From Tubiluchus corallicola (lineage: Eukaryota; Animalia; Priapulida): a stretch of DNA of 64,000 nt. The notes beneath the pieces were generated by a model. The model made no database searches. It was not told where the DNA came from and worked only from the letters and a program-made list of their open reading frames with translations. Positions 26,146 to 39,269 of this stretch are shown piece after piece; position 1 is the first letter of the stretch; each line of letters starts with the position of its first letter. The stretch spans positions 42,401-106,400 of the forward strand of contig JAQGDQ010000717.1 of assembly GCA_030141605.1 (NCBI GenBank), in the 5' to 3' direction. The position numbers and the translations under genes are program-made.

Positions 26146-26270
26146 GGGTGGCGTAGCTCAATGGCGTCCCTAGCGTGATCGCTTACCACCCGGGAGATTG
26201 TGGGTTCAACTCTCGACCGAATCCTGTCAAAGACTTGAAAAATGGTGCCGCCGGTTCTTCGACCAACCAC
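26146..26270 (+). mobile_element. tRNA-derived SINE (degenerate), MetaSINE-like core
   Basis: A-box TAGCTCAATGG (26154), B-box GGTTCAACTCT (26203), then AAGACTTGAAAAATGGT; second copy at 35511-35625. Confidence 0.7.
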
Positions 26271-27019
26271 TGAAAAGGCTTCTACCTCTCTGAGACGAGA
26301 CCCTGCAATAGAGGAAAAGCAAAAGAGAGCACAAGAATGTAGTGTGTCAACCTCTAGTAGAATTGATACACACAGACTTTTGATTCCGGATTTGGTTAGT
26401 CATCCTATATATTCAAATAGGAGGGCGCCTCTTCGTCAACTGTAAAGAGATTCCTGGACAAAGGCCAGAATATCAGGTCATAAATTGGCTATTGAAATTG
26501 GCAGGTGGAGGAATACACCTAGGCAAAGGCTGTTTTGCGACTGCTGTACTAACGAACCAAGGCCTGTTCAAGACGAAGAAGATGTTTTGTGAAATTGTGC
26601 GAAGTCTGACCCGATCAGACAAGTACCGCGGTTCTCTAATATTGATGTGTCAATATTCAGGCATAACCATAGCCAATCTATTGTGGACTATATTCATCGG
26701 TGCTTTAAGTGTTTTGCACAAGACTCACTGTTTCTTGTTGAACTGATAATGTAATGTAAAAGATGTTAATTATGTTAAATGCCCTTTAGCACTTTTACTA
26801 TCGTCAATGTATGGAGAAAATTTGGACCAACTTATTGTGTTATTCATGCATTTACCCTGATCATAGTGTAATCATAGTTCTTGGTCAATAAATTACATAC
26901 TTATTTACTTCCGAATATTCATCATCAAAAGTGCTACAATCATAGCTGGCAACGACCCTTTCTAGCAAATCTTTACCTTGCTCAGGCGTTTTAACTTTTC
27001 TTACAAATTTACGTTTTTT

Positions 27020-27570
27020 TCGTAATTATTCCGATTATCATTATTTTAGTTGATGACATCTTTATTCCCACTATCATTATTTTGCTTGATGACATTATTA
27101 TTCCCACTATCAATATTTCAGTTGCTGATATTGTTATTCCCACTAACATTATTTCAGTTGCTGACATTGTTATTCCGATTATCATTATTTTAGTTGATGA
27201 CATCTTTATTCCCACTATCATTATTTTGCTTGATGACATTGTTATTCCCACTATCAATATTTCAGTTGCTGATATTGTTATTGCACCGCTATCATTATTT
27301 CAGTTGCTGACATTGTTATTCCCACTATCATTATTTTAGTTAACGGCATTTTATTCCCAGTATCATTATTTTAGTTGCTGACATTGTTATTCCCACTATC
27401 ATTATCTTAGTTGCTGACATCTTTATGCCCACTATGATTATTTTAGTTGCTGACATTGTTATTCCCACTATCATTATCTTAGTTGCTGACATCTTTATGC
27501 CCACTATGATTATTTCAGTTGCTGACATTGTTATTTCCACTATCATTATTTTAGTTGATGACATTTTAGT
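27020..27570. repeat. 36-bp tandem minisatellite (~15 units)
   Basis: Unit GTTGCTGACATTGTTATTCCCACTATCATTATTTTA; 12-aa periodic ORFs on both strands. Confidence 0.94.
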
Positions 27571-28526
27571 CCCACAGTCGTTATTTTATTTCTTGGCAAT
27601 ACGCGAACATCGTACATAGTCCTCATTTACAACGCAAAGCCAGTAGCAGCTTTTACTGAATTAAAGTTATAGGCAGAGTATAATGGATAACGTCAGAACA
27701 ATGGCATTGCGTCAGCAGTTTTCCAAGCGAAAATTGTCGAAAATAGAACATCTAATTAACTCGTCGATACTCCTTTTGGTGAACGTGTCCTAAAATATAG
27801 CCCACACCATCGTTTAGCCCTTTTCTTCCTCTTTCTAAAAAGCCGTATATCTCATTCCGAGAGTCCCACCAGGCGCCGCCAGAGCGTTGTTTCTGCAGGT
27901 TGTTTGACCAAAACTTTTCTAAGAAATCGCGAGTTGGGTCCGGGAAAACCCCCGTTACGGGACGCCGTGGCCTTCTCGCAAATTCTAAATACACCTATGA
28001 CACTCAGCGCTGAACGGGCTATCTATCCATAGGCGGCACCCATGGCCCGTTCCCGTTCTTCAGATGTCAGACGTATAACTTTTGCAAAAAACGGCCGAAA
28101 AATGGCCATTTTTGGAGGGAGAGAGAGAGAGAGATTATTATTATAAATCTTTTATTAACCTCTTTTTGCAGGTATACAATGAATCATTTCAATCTAATAC
28201 ATCCAAGGAAATACAATTATACATTATGACAAAGGTAACAAAGTACAATTAGATCCAAAAACCAGTCACACAAAAAGACATTATGAATAATTCTAGACAA
28301 TGGTAAAAACAAGTTGACACACAATACTCAGATGTTGTTTGTACATATAATACAAGAAAACTGATTACACAATATATAACATTCACGTACAAACTAAATA
28401 AATAATCACAATTAGAAATAGTAACAACTATGGTTCAGAAAGTTAAACTATAACAAAATATATAAATTTATTTATCTTACTGTTTTTTCTCACTATATAT
28501 TCTCAGCTAACACGAAGTAATAAAAA

Positions 28527-31500
28527 CTACATTAGATTTTTGTAAATAATATCTTTCACCACTTGTATAAATTTATCACAAACTAATGCGTTTCTTTTCA
28601 AGTAAATATCTCTTAATTCCCGGTTGGGCAGAACATCGATAAGATTTTTTCTGGCTTCTTGATCAACTAAACTACAATTAAAGAGTAGATGGTCAGAAGT
28701 TTGTGCTTCCCCCCTTTGACATGTGCATTCATTTGTGGCTGCTTCCCCAATACTGTGTAAAAAAGACCGTGTTCCTCTTTTCAATAACAAGTTTAGTGCT
28801 TTGGTTTCAACGCACCTCTGCTTACTGTTTAATGGTAAACTTAGTGGCTTTAGTTCTGGGGTTGTGATATTAGTGGCTATGCCATCTAGTTGGTTCCTAT
28901 GTTGTATTCTACGCCTCCATTGCGAGCTTTGAAATTTGATAGACTCTTGTGTGGTGTAGCGTAAACTAATATACTCCAGGTTACCGAGATTTTCGGTTCT
29001 CATATTAAGCCCTTTGCATATTTTTAAAAAAGTTTTTGCCGTTGCCAAATGGGTTTTTACAGGGTTATTATCTGTTCGACGATTTAAAGGCAATGCTTTA
29101 CAAATAAGTATTTCTTGCTTAAGTAAATCCTCATTAGTACAGCTCAAAGTTTTTAATATGAGTTTACTGACTATGCACGAAAAAACTATATCTACTGGAG
29201 GCATTCCACAAATACATTCATTATCAGACTTCCTGGGATTGTACCCCACCCCCGCCGCAGCTTTCATTACGTCATACCATAAATCATCACAATCAGCGAG
29301 TTTTCTGTTCATCCAGCTCGGCGCACCATAAAATATACCGTAAAACGGGGTGAGTTCGCCACTTTTTAGGGGTATTTTTTACGTTTCCTGCCATAGCAAG
29401 AGAATTGCCCAACCGATTTTCTTAGTTCAAGCTTTATATTGCCTTTCGATTGAAACACTATCGTGGGGTGAAGTCGCCACTAACAATTTAACACTGTTTA
29501 ATGCCATTCTGGGCAGCCTAAGTTAACTGGTTGTGGTTGTTTGCTTGGGGGTGAGTTCGCCACCCTATGAAAAATTATGAAAAATGTCTAGTTTTAGCCG
29601 AATTATTGAAAATGTTCGATGGTGGGACGTTTTCAATAAGGGGCCCTATGTTGGCAAGGAAGGCTTGAACGTCTTGTGCACTGATCTTATCGCGGGCGCC
29701 CTTGATGTTGCCAGCCACTCTGAAAACCAGATTGTTCCTTCGGGCGAATGATTTGACAAAGTCTATTCCACGGGTGTTTGCCTTGAATCGTCGTTCCTGG
29801 ATTCCCTTCACGTCGAGAACACTCTTAATCAGTAGTCGGAGATCGGTGGCAGTCATTGGGAACCCCCACTCAGCGGCCACTTGGAGTGTTGGCGATTTCG
29901 TGCTCCTCGGCGGCGGAGAACACTGGCTGACCTGCGGGCTTCCGTGGATGACTTCCTGAGAGTTTGTCAGAAAGGGTCTTTCTTGGAAATTGCCTCGCCG
30001 CTGCGCTGATTGTCCTGTTGGTATTCTTGGCGGCAGGTAGGGTAGCTTCCAGAGCTTCTGGGGTATAATTTTGGTATCTATGACCCGGTACAGGGGTGCA
30101 GGTGAGTGGCATGTTAAGTAGCAAGAAATAGTAGACAAATAATATGTAGCGCAGAATGGAATACTTCTAGTGCGAATTGAAAGAATATAACTGTCGCAAA
30201 CTGTTTACAATAACTGTGATCATGATATCGTTTCATTAAACACTGAACAATAGTTACAGCAAACCTACAATGGCCATTACGTAGGGGGTGGCGAACTCAC
30301 CCTCGGGTGGCGAACTCACCCCGTTTTACGGTACTTGGCATCACAACAGATTGGAATAATCTAATAATGGTTGTCATTCTTAAACCTTTATTTTTATAAA
30401 TTACGTTCTTGAGTTTAGCCCATTTCTTCCAAGCACTTTGCCTGGTTCTAGAGGTATGGCTATTAAAATTCATATGTTTATCGACAGTAACTCCAAGCAC
30501 TTTCGTTTTGTTAACATAATTAATCACTTTGTTACCAAAACGTAATTTTGGCAATCGAGGATTTTGATCATTTTCAAAAACAATAGCTTCTGTTTTGTTT
30601 AAATTACAGTTCAACATTTGCCTCCATTTAGAACACCAGGCATGAAGTTTATCACATGACAACTGAGCCAATTCGTAGCATTCATTATTTTCGTTTGCGT
30701 ACAAATAAACTGTGCCGTCATTAGTAAATTTAAACTTCAAATGTATCTGTTTTGGTCAATTTCACTAAACATATCTGACACATACAGGATAAACAATAGT
30801 GGTGACAGGACAGATACCTGCAGTACACCTATGTGACACAACATTTCTTCTGACAAATAATTTTCTATTCGTATTTTAACACGCCTGTTTTTCAGAAACG
30901 AACAAATCAATTTCAAAAGCCTGCCTGCTACTCCTGCTTGGGCTAACTTAAATATTAAACCATTAACCCAAATGCTATCGAAGGCATTTGTGAAGTCACA
31001 GAAGACTGCAATTCCAGGACAGTTTGAAGCCTGTTTCTTTCAATAGCGGAAACTAATCTAAGCAGATAGTGATTTGTGCTACGCAAGGGTTGAAATCCTT
31101 TCTGCTCTTGATCTATAATGTTATTGTCATTTAACCAGGTTCTCAATCTGATCTCTATGAGTTTTTCTACTATTTTGCCATAATAGGACGCAATCGTAAT
31201 TGGCCTATAGTTTGATGGGTCACTGTAATCGTTTTTTCCATCTTTACGGAAGAATATTACTTTTGCACTGTTCCATGGCCATTTACCTGTTTTTAAACAC
31301 ACATTAGCTAGATTTAATAATAAACTCTTCCCCCAGAAACCCATGTGTTTCAACATGAGTGGGTGACATCCATCACAGTCAATGCTTTTATTGGAAACCT
31401 TCATGTTTTCTATCGCAACAGTGAGTTCAACCATTGTAAAATTTTCGTTAAACCAATGATTAGTTTCTTGATTTAAATGAATTCCTTCCGCTACTTCATT

Positions 31501-32870
31501 TTCTACATGTTCAAACCAAGCATGATCAAAAGCATTATTGTCTAAATGACTACCATTGAAAAATGTTTCATCCAATATCCTACTTTTATCGTTTTCCTTT
31601 GTATAATAAACATCATTTACCTTTAAAATATCTACACCATTTTCACTGCTTTCTCCAAACACTTTCCGATAAGTTTTCCAAAAGTCATTTCCTCTCTGTA
31701 CATTTAAATCTGCAGTATTTTGAATAACCCAGTTATTTAGCTCCTCTGACAGTTTGTTTTGAAATTGTTCTTTTTTACTCTGGTAGGCATTTAGGTTTAT
31801 GTAATTAGAATGCTGTTTGTAGGCTCTTTTTAGTTCTCGTAATTCGCTGGAAAGCACTGACAACTGAGGTGTCCAGAAGGGTTTACTGTGTGCCGAAATC
31901 GTTTCCGTTCACAGGGCTTCATTGTTGGCTTCCTGAATAGCGTTTAAAAATAACGCCCACACGTTATTGGCATTTCCGTTTTGTAGCTCCGTTGTGACTG
32001 TCGGATAAAGTGCTCTCATTTTCTCTTCCAAAACAGGCGACCAGTCCGTCCAGTTGCTTCGCTTGAAGTCATATCTCGTACGTCGGTTGTTTAGCCTGCT
32101 CCGATTTACCTTAAACTCTGTTATACCCCATTGTGGGGGCCTCGGTAAAAAATTCCGCATCTTTGTTCACTGTTTGAGATAGAACCTTTGCTGCTGTAAA
32201 GTTATTTGCTATAATAACATCTATAATGCTTTTGCCAGTTATAGAACTGAACGTCTCAGTGTTGGGAGCAAGTATTGTTAAGTCCAAGTTTATATCAGCT
32301 AGTCAATCTTCTATTAACCGCCCATGTTCATTTGAATTTACATCCCATTGATAACTGCGAGCATTAAGATCACCAATGGACATTAAGTTACGTATTCCAT
32401 GAGTATTAGCAAACCTTTGGGCGTCTCTAACATTTTTTACATATTTTTGTATCAGTTGTATACAACTTTTACATATTTTTGTATACTTTTGAGTTTGGTG
32501 TCACATATATTGAATTCAATAAATATTTTTCCCCATATGCTTGCATTATTATCCACACTGAATCCAGTTCCGAGAGTTCAAGCTCTCGTACTCGACAGCA
32601 AGTAATGCTTTTTCTAATTAGCACAGCGCATCCACCCGAGTATCCTCTAGAAGCTTTCGCAAAACTATTATAATTTGTTAAAGATTTTTCACCCAAATCT
32701 TTTTCAATTACTTTAGTTTCTTTTATAGCAATTACATCACAGCTATTCTCGTTTACACACTTAACAATCGCCATTTTGGACCCACAGGAAAATTTATTAA
32801 TATTAATCTGGCAAACTTTTAAACGTCTGATTGAACTAGCCATCTTGATTGTACTCCTCATCGTATCCAT
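28527..32870 (-). pseudogene. LINE ORF2 (AP endonuclease - reverse transcriptase - CCHC), frameshifted and interrupted
   Basis: KVCQININ, IAIKET, YRPITIAS, QKGFQPLRST, FKFTNDGT (degenerate [Y/F]ADD), KVLGVTVD, CTCQRGEAQTSDHLLFNC. Confidence 0.92.
29338..30331 (-). mobile_element. pogo-like (Tc1/mariner superfamily) DNA transposon, 994 bp, internally deleted
   Basis: Perfect 25-bp TIR CCGTAAAACGGGGTGAGTTCGCCAC; TA on both sides; Psq-type HTH (TISAAARQFPRKTLSDKL) and CENP-B-type HTH (AEWGFPMT...FVKSFARRN) across a frameshift; removing it restores the LINE frame. Confidence 0.93.
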
Positions 32871-33777
32871 TTAACTGGTCTTCCTGTTGTTTGTAAATTG
32901 GGCAATCACGAGACCAAGCTTGGTGTTTGCTCTTACAATTTTTACACTTCATTCTGTCTGTCTGACATGCATTCGAACTGTGATTCATTGCACACTTTCC
33001 GCATACAGTTTTACGGTCGCACCATTTAGCCACATGACCAAAAGAGTAACAGTTATAACATAATAATGGCCGTTTTTTGAAGATGAATTTCTCAACATTA
33101 CAGTATATATTCCCCACTGGTATGCCTTCTCTGATTGCTAATTCCAGATCTTTATCTGAAGGAAAACTGACTTTGACTAATGGTAATGGGGCTTTGTCTT
33201 TGCGCTTAAACCGTTCTACTTTGGCATCTGGAAATCTTGCGTTAATTTCTTCTTCTACCTCCCCATCAGACAAAGCTGTGTCACAGTCTTTCAGGATTCC
33301 CACGGCATATAATTTCGGTTTTCTTGCCACTGTGCCTTTGCCTAAGAAGTTAGCTTGCCAACCACCTACTATTGCATTAGCATCATCTTCACTCTTAAGC
33401 TGAAGCTGTATCTTTCCTCTCGCTGTTTTATATGCCGTGTCAAATGTAACTCTATTAAATACTTCACTTATATGTTTCTTAATGCTCATACTATTTTTCA
33501 CAATTTCTTTCTCAGTGACATTCTCAATAATCACAGTGCCCTAGGGTTTATAATGCACATCTGTCATTGCACTTTCAGGTTTGCGGCTATTTCTGTTTGT
33601 GGATTTTCCCTCACTAGCAGTTGTAGCCACGACGGCTGGTTGCCTCTTTTTTGTGCTTTCCCTTACCACTGAGCTATAAGACGCTTTTTGTGTGTCTGAC
33701 ATTCTCGTTAAATTGTTTCGTATTTTTCCTAATTCCAAGTCCATTTTAGACAGTTTGTCCAGTACAGACTTTTGCAC
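32836..33777 (-). pseudogene. LINE ORF1 (gag-like nucleic-acid-binding protein), interrupted
   Basis: CYNCYSFGHVAKWC, CGKCAMNHSSNAC, CKNCKSKHQAWSRDC; upstream in-frame segment 33541-33777 separated by a stop. Confidence 0.9.
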
Positions 33778-34390
33778 TACATATTCTTGATTTTCTAGTT
33801 ACCAATCTAATATATGACGTAACTTTGCTTGATATTCTTCCTGTTCGACTAATTCTGTTATTTGCGTTTTTAGGTTGTCGATGTCGCCCCAACAGCGCTG
33901 GTTACTTTGAGTTAAGGAAACAGAATTTGCTCTTTCTCTGCTTGTTCCTGGCCGTATGTCCGTTGAATTGTTTTTATCGTAGCATGCTTCACATATTACA
34001 ATTGGTACTAGCTTCCTACTAACTGGCTTTTTCGCATTTCTACATAGAGCTCAGCTTTTCCTTTCACCCATTGTAGGACCAGTTTGCGTTGCTATCTACC
34101 TGAATGTTTTTGTTGACAGGTGAATAGACCAATTAAGGTCTAATCAATGACACAATAGCCTCAACAAGGTACGGTGACCATGAATTGTCGATTTGCAATA
34201 GAACTTGAAGAATTTCAACAATTTTTCACTTTTAGTATCTAAATCCAACTGTATAACTGCAAATGTTTATTACCTTCGTCTTCTGTAGATATTTACACAC
34301 AAAATGGTATCACTTTTATCATGTTAAACATAAAATTACTTTATAAAATTAGCAAAATCTGCAGAGCTTGTTAACAACACAAGACAGAGT

Positions 34391-34391
<1 letters not shown>

Positions 34392-34468
<77 letters not shown>
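34392..34468. repeat. (GA)n microsatellite
   Basis: Direct reading. Confidence 0.98.
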
Positions 34469-34471
<3 letters not shown>

Positions 34472-35260
34472 TCCAGTGTCCTTGAGCACAACAGGGTTGG
34501 GGCAATGACATTTAAGGATGAACACAAAGATTGTTCTCACTGCTTGGATTCTATAACTTGAAAAATGCATTTATCCTCCAACGTATTAGTGGCAGAGAGA
34601 GAATATTTTCTTTTCCTTGCCGAGCAAATATTTTGCAACGCTAATTTTCTAAAGAACAGAAAGTTTGAGAGCACTCATCCCCAGGGAAGAGCTAATACCT
34701 TTAACCTATTAGCGGCAGAGAGCGCTTATTTTTTCTAGCAGTGCAAATATTTTGCAAAGCTAGTTTCACAAAGAACAGAAAGTTTGAGAGCCTTCACCCC
34801 CCAGGGACGAGCTAATACCGCAAAGCTTAGTGACAGAGAGCACTTGTTTCTACCTGGGTAAATATTCAGCATACCTAATTTTCTAAAGGACAAAAGGTTT
34901 GCGAGCGCTCACAGCGTGGGAAAAGCTAATCCGTCCAAAGAACTGTTTACCTTTGTGATGATTGTCATTACTTTCGCAAATAAGCCCCAAGTGGTTGAGC
35001 ATCCAGAAAAGCTAATATTCTAAATAACAAAAAAAAACTTACAAGGACTCACCTGTGGAAAAGCAAATAAGAGTTCAGAATTATTTACCTTTGTGATGAG
35101 CGGCAAGACGTTATTACACTAATCCTTCATTTCAGGGTCTTTTTGAAAGGTAAGCGACCTGTATGGGACACAGAAAGAAACAGTTTTACCTCGACTCTTC
35201 AGTCTCTTCCCTTTTATGTAATTTGAATGCCATGCAGACGTACAAGGCTCATTTTTATTT
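34469..35260 (+). repeat. GA-headed composite dispersed repeat copy
   Basis: TCCAGTGTCCTTGA...AAAGATTGTTCTCACTGCTTGGATTCTATAACTTGAAAAATGCA plus internal units shared with 22194 and 58190. Confidence 0.85.
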
Positions 35261-35510
35261 TACCATCATCATTATCATTATATCCCACGGGAGCCAAATA
35301 TCGCATTTAAGGAACCATACTATCACAGGACGTACTTTGTTGTTTACTCATGTTGCAAACAATTGTGTGCGTTTTTCGAGAAAATTTTCTAAACCTGAAA
35401 ATTCTTACTTGGACGGGGGGGGACACCATAGCGTAAATAATGCATCTAAATTTGCTAAATTTTAATTTGCAATTTACTAAAACATATCATACCAGGTACA
35501 TCATGTCAAC

Positions 35511-35625
35511 GGTAGCAATGATTGCTCCCCCCGAGGTCGTGGGTTCAAGTCTCGACCGAGTCATACAAAAGACTTGAAAAATGGTACAGTTCGTTCTTTG
35601 ACTAAGCGCGTGGGTAAATCGGGAC
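35511..35625 (+). mobile_element. tRNA-derived SINE copy 2
   Basis: GTGGGTTCAAGTCTCGACCGAGTCATACAAAAGACTTGAAAAATGGTAC. Confidence 0.7.
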
Positions 35626-36099
35626 CAGCATGGAAATACGTATTGAGTTACTTAAGATGTTATTCCTGGACTATGGATATTTAGAAACGAAATTGTATAT
35701 ATTAATATCCGCGGTATATATATATATATATTTATGAGTTGGAGTTGGTTACAAAAACACGGTGAATAAACGGAGATGCATTTGCTACATTACCTCATTT
35801 TTATTGCCAGTGAACACAAAATAACAAAAACAAAACATCGGGGCTGTTATCCTAAAGGCGGGAGAGCCAATATTACCCTCTACGGGCATTTTCTCGGACC
35901 GAACCATCCACATTTTGCTGAAATCTGCTCGAACGGCCTCTAGAAAAACTCAATTTGTGCAACTGTTTGGGCATGTTGGAAAAAATAAGCAAGCTCGCAG
36001 AAAGAAGACGAAATGGCCCATAAAACATATTTATCATTGAAAAACAGAATAAGAGCATTTATTATAGCACACAGTTTTGACTTTGTGGAAAACTGTTTG

Positions 36100-36335
36100 G
36101 AATGGTTTTGTTGTGATGCTGTGCTGTTGGTGTTGGTGCTGCAGGTGTCGTCATCGTTGCCGCCATCATCATCATCATCATCATCATCATCGTCATGATT
36201 ACCATGTGAGGTGGCGGATTTGATGTGGCTTGGTGCGGGTGGTTTGGTGGGTGTGGTTTAGTGTGGTTTGGGTAGAGTTGTGTGGTATTGATGATGTGGT
36301 GTGTGTGGAGTTGGTGGAGTGGTGTGGGTGGTAAG
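36100..36335. repeat. (CAT)n microsatellite and GT-rich low-complexity tract
   Basis: Direct reading; similar composition to 48915-49240. Confidence 0.85.
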
Positions 36336-36339
36336 TCCA

Positions 36340-37620
36340 CGTTAGGTTTTAATTCTCTAGACCAATTAATTGATCTCCATAGTTCTTTTTCATTTCCGTT
36401 TCTCAGCAAGTATCCCCAATGAGAAGAACTGTACCATTGACGATCAGCGGTTGCATTACGTGCACGATTTTCTGAAGCTGACTGTATAAGCACTTTAAGG
36501 GAAGAATTAAAATTGTGGATTACTATGGTTGTTTGCAGCTATCAGAAACTCACGGGTTTCAGAAACAGAAGCTTGAAGTCGTGCACCAATACTAACTGGC
36601 GCGTGATCAGAGGTAAACTCAAATTATTTCAAGTGCTTAAGTAATCTATACGATCAATGTTTCTCAAGAAGCAAAAACGTAGTCCAGTTCAGATATCCAG
36701 TTGTCAGTCTTTCTGTATGAAACAAACAGCCCCAAGATACTTTGGAACCAATACATAAATGATTCACTGGGATGATCAAGGAACAAACTTATTGGTTTTT
36801 TACTCGCCTACCAAGAGAATTAACCTCGGCATCTGGACCATGGTTGTAAATAAACCACTTCATCAGTAGCGTAAATAAAATTTAAACCAAACAATACGTC
36901 TTGTAGCCATTTGAACTTTACCCAGACTTGATCTTGAAATCAGTTATTTGAAAAGCTCAATTCACATTTTTGGTTCTGGTTTAGAAAACAAGCTGATACC
37001 TCCACGTGACACACGACCAACATTTGGAAGTCTACTGCCAATAAGCTTAAACCCAGGTATTAAACACATTGTAAGTAGTTTTCGTCTCTTTCTATCAAAC
37101 CGTGTTTAAAAGGACAAGACAGCTGATTTTTCGCACTTGTCTCGTAACCCTTTGATGTTCTATTTCGAGATTATCATGTGTGTTGTTAGTATAAATAGTA
37201 GACGGCCATCCATAATTTAAAAAACCTGTCGTTTACCGAATTTACATATTGCCACATTGCCTACATCACACTCGCATTTTCTTTATAATCTAATTTTTAT
37301 TTGACCTCCCCGATTTTCCGGTTTAATTCGTTCTGCTCGAACCACTTCCTTTAGTATCTGATTTAACTTGATCCCTTTGGAAGGCAAATCTCTTTTGATA
37401 AAGATTCTTTTAAGGTCATCGCCACTGTCCTTCAATTTGTTTGTATTGCGCAAAACTTCTTGACACTTTTCAGTCAAATTAAACTTCACCAACAAGGGGT
37501 GTGTGTAATCGCTGAATGTCGTTCCCAGTCTCAGTGATGCCACGTCGTCGATTCCTAATATGTCCCTGAAGATCGTAGAACATTTGTCATTGTCTGCCGC
37601 ACGTCCTCTGAGCAAAGCCT
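36340..37620 (-). mobile_element. Degenerate LINE 5' part (ORF1 plus APE), CR1/L2-like
   Basis: ORF 37283-37615 (LRLG...PLLVKF...RIFIKRDL) is typical of LINE ORF1; RGGISLF near 37000 and TSDHAPV near 36600 are APE motifs. Confidence 0.7.
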
Positions 37621-38203
37621 CTAATCAAGTTTTTCACAGTATAAGTTATCAATAATGTCTTGCTGGCCTCTAGCAATTTGTGTAAGCTACCTACTCCATG
37701 TCTTGTTTTAAGTGTTAGCATTTACCAAGCAAAACAGTACAGCTTTGAAACAAGGAATTTAAACACCGACAGCGAGCAAGCAACGAATGAGAAAAACCGG
37801 TCATGTAAAATAGGACCCGCGTGATTAAATTTACACTAGCAGCCTCGGTCACAGTTTCAAATGTTATTAGAATTAGGTATTTTGGGTGCTGCTTTTGAGC
37901 GCAAGAATTATGACATTTTTGAGTGAGTTTATATTACGATTGTGTCTGAAATAATTCAACGAATTCGCGCAAGAGGGCGAAAATAGCTTCGTGCATGGAA
38001 AAACCGTTGACTGTCGCCTGCGTGATCTAAATATGTCTACTTTCAGCTAAAGGATACGTTTTTTCTAAATTGTTTAATATGTGCTACTTAAACTGTACTT
38101 GAACTATCTTGTGAGTTTCTTAAACAGAGCAATTAAAATATTGCAGAAATTTTTCGTCAAATTACTTTTCTGTCGTCAATCAAAATGTCTAGTTGTCAAC
38201 AGC

Positions 38204-39094
38204 ATGATTCGAGTTAACAAAAGACGCATTTTAAACGTACTTACTATTCCAACTGGTATTTGCACGCTTGTTATCATAGTTGATTATTTACTTTCTTTAA
38301 ACTTACTGTTCGTGAATAAGATAAAGGTTGGAAATCAATTTCCAATTAACAATGCAATTCAGAACATGAACAAAGATTATTTTAAAGAAAAGGAAAAAAC
38401 TTATGAGGAAAAAAGCTTCGAACACCTAAAAAAGACAGCGTTTTTTGATTCAGTTACTAAATCAAATCTTTCGTACACTAAAATAATTAACTTTGTTGAG
38501 CGAGATAGGCGATTTGCACGAGAAAAAACGGTAACTATAGCAACGCAAACATCTTGGCATTTTATGCGTCATTTGATGGACTTGGCTGAGAGGTTTGATG
38601 GACCAATTTCAGCAGCTTTATATGCACCTGGTGATAGTTTTGATTTCATAATGAATAGAGTAAATCTGTATCGAAGATGTCACCTAAAATTTGCGCATTT
38701 TGTCTCAATTTCTCTATTTTTTCCAACAAATGCACCTCCAATTAGTGGGAAAGAAGAAGAAGAGGTTCAATTAGTTTGTGGCAACATCTCCTTGCCACTA
38801 TCCAACGGTCCCGACACATCGCATTACGGAACTTATCCAATAAATGTAGGGAGAAATGCAGCTCGATTAGCAGTTTATACAGAATATATTTTACTCCTGG
38901 ATGTGGAACTGAAACCTACTCCATCTTTGATGAGAAAGTTTGTTGACATGTTAAACAGAAAAACAACTCAACCTACGCAGAACATTGTGTACGTCCTTCC
39001 AACTTTTGAAATTGCTGATGACCAAGACATACCTAGGAATAAACAGCAATTGCTAAAACTGCTAAAGCAACGAAAAGCAGTGTCATTTCACAAA
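38204..39094 (+). CDS. GT49 glycosyltransferase (beta-1,4-glucuronyltransferase B4GAT1-like), coding exon 1
   Basis: ATG at 38204, N-terminal TM anchor, VTIATQ, RFDGPISAALYAPG, YPINVGRNAAR, LLLDVELKP, VYVLPTFE; donor GTAAGT at 39095, phase 0. Confidence 0.92.
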
Positions 39095-39188
39095 GTAAGT
39101 ACGCCTGCCGTAATTTCTTACATAGTTGAACAAGATATTGTTTTGTTATTTCTTGGAAATTGTTATGAAAGATGCATCTTTCACCAGA

Positions 39189-39190
<2 letters not shown>

Positions 39191-39264
<74 letters not shown>
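39191..39264. repeat. (CT)n microsatellite in intron 1
   Basis: Direct reading. Confidence 0.97.

Positions 39265-39269
<5 letters not shown>

Larger units (their letters stand above)
28134..34391 (-). mobile_element. Near full-length, inactivated non-LTR retrotransposon (I-group/Nimb-like)
   Basis: ORF1 with three zinc knuckles, then APE, RT and a C-terminal CCHC in order; short (TAA)n tail at ~28134-28145; flanked by (GA)n on both sides; multiple frameshifts. Confidence 0.88.

Noticed and set aside
26146-26225. Functional tRNA gene
   Set aside because: No convincing cloverleaf; continues into a SINE body shared with 35511
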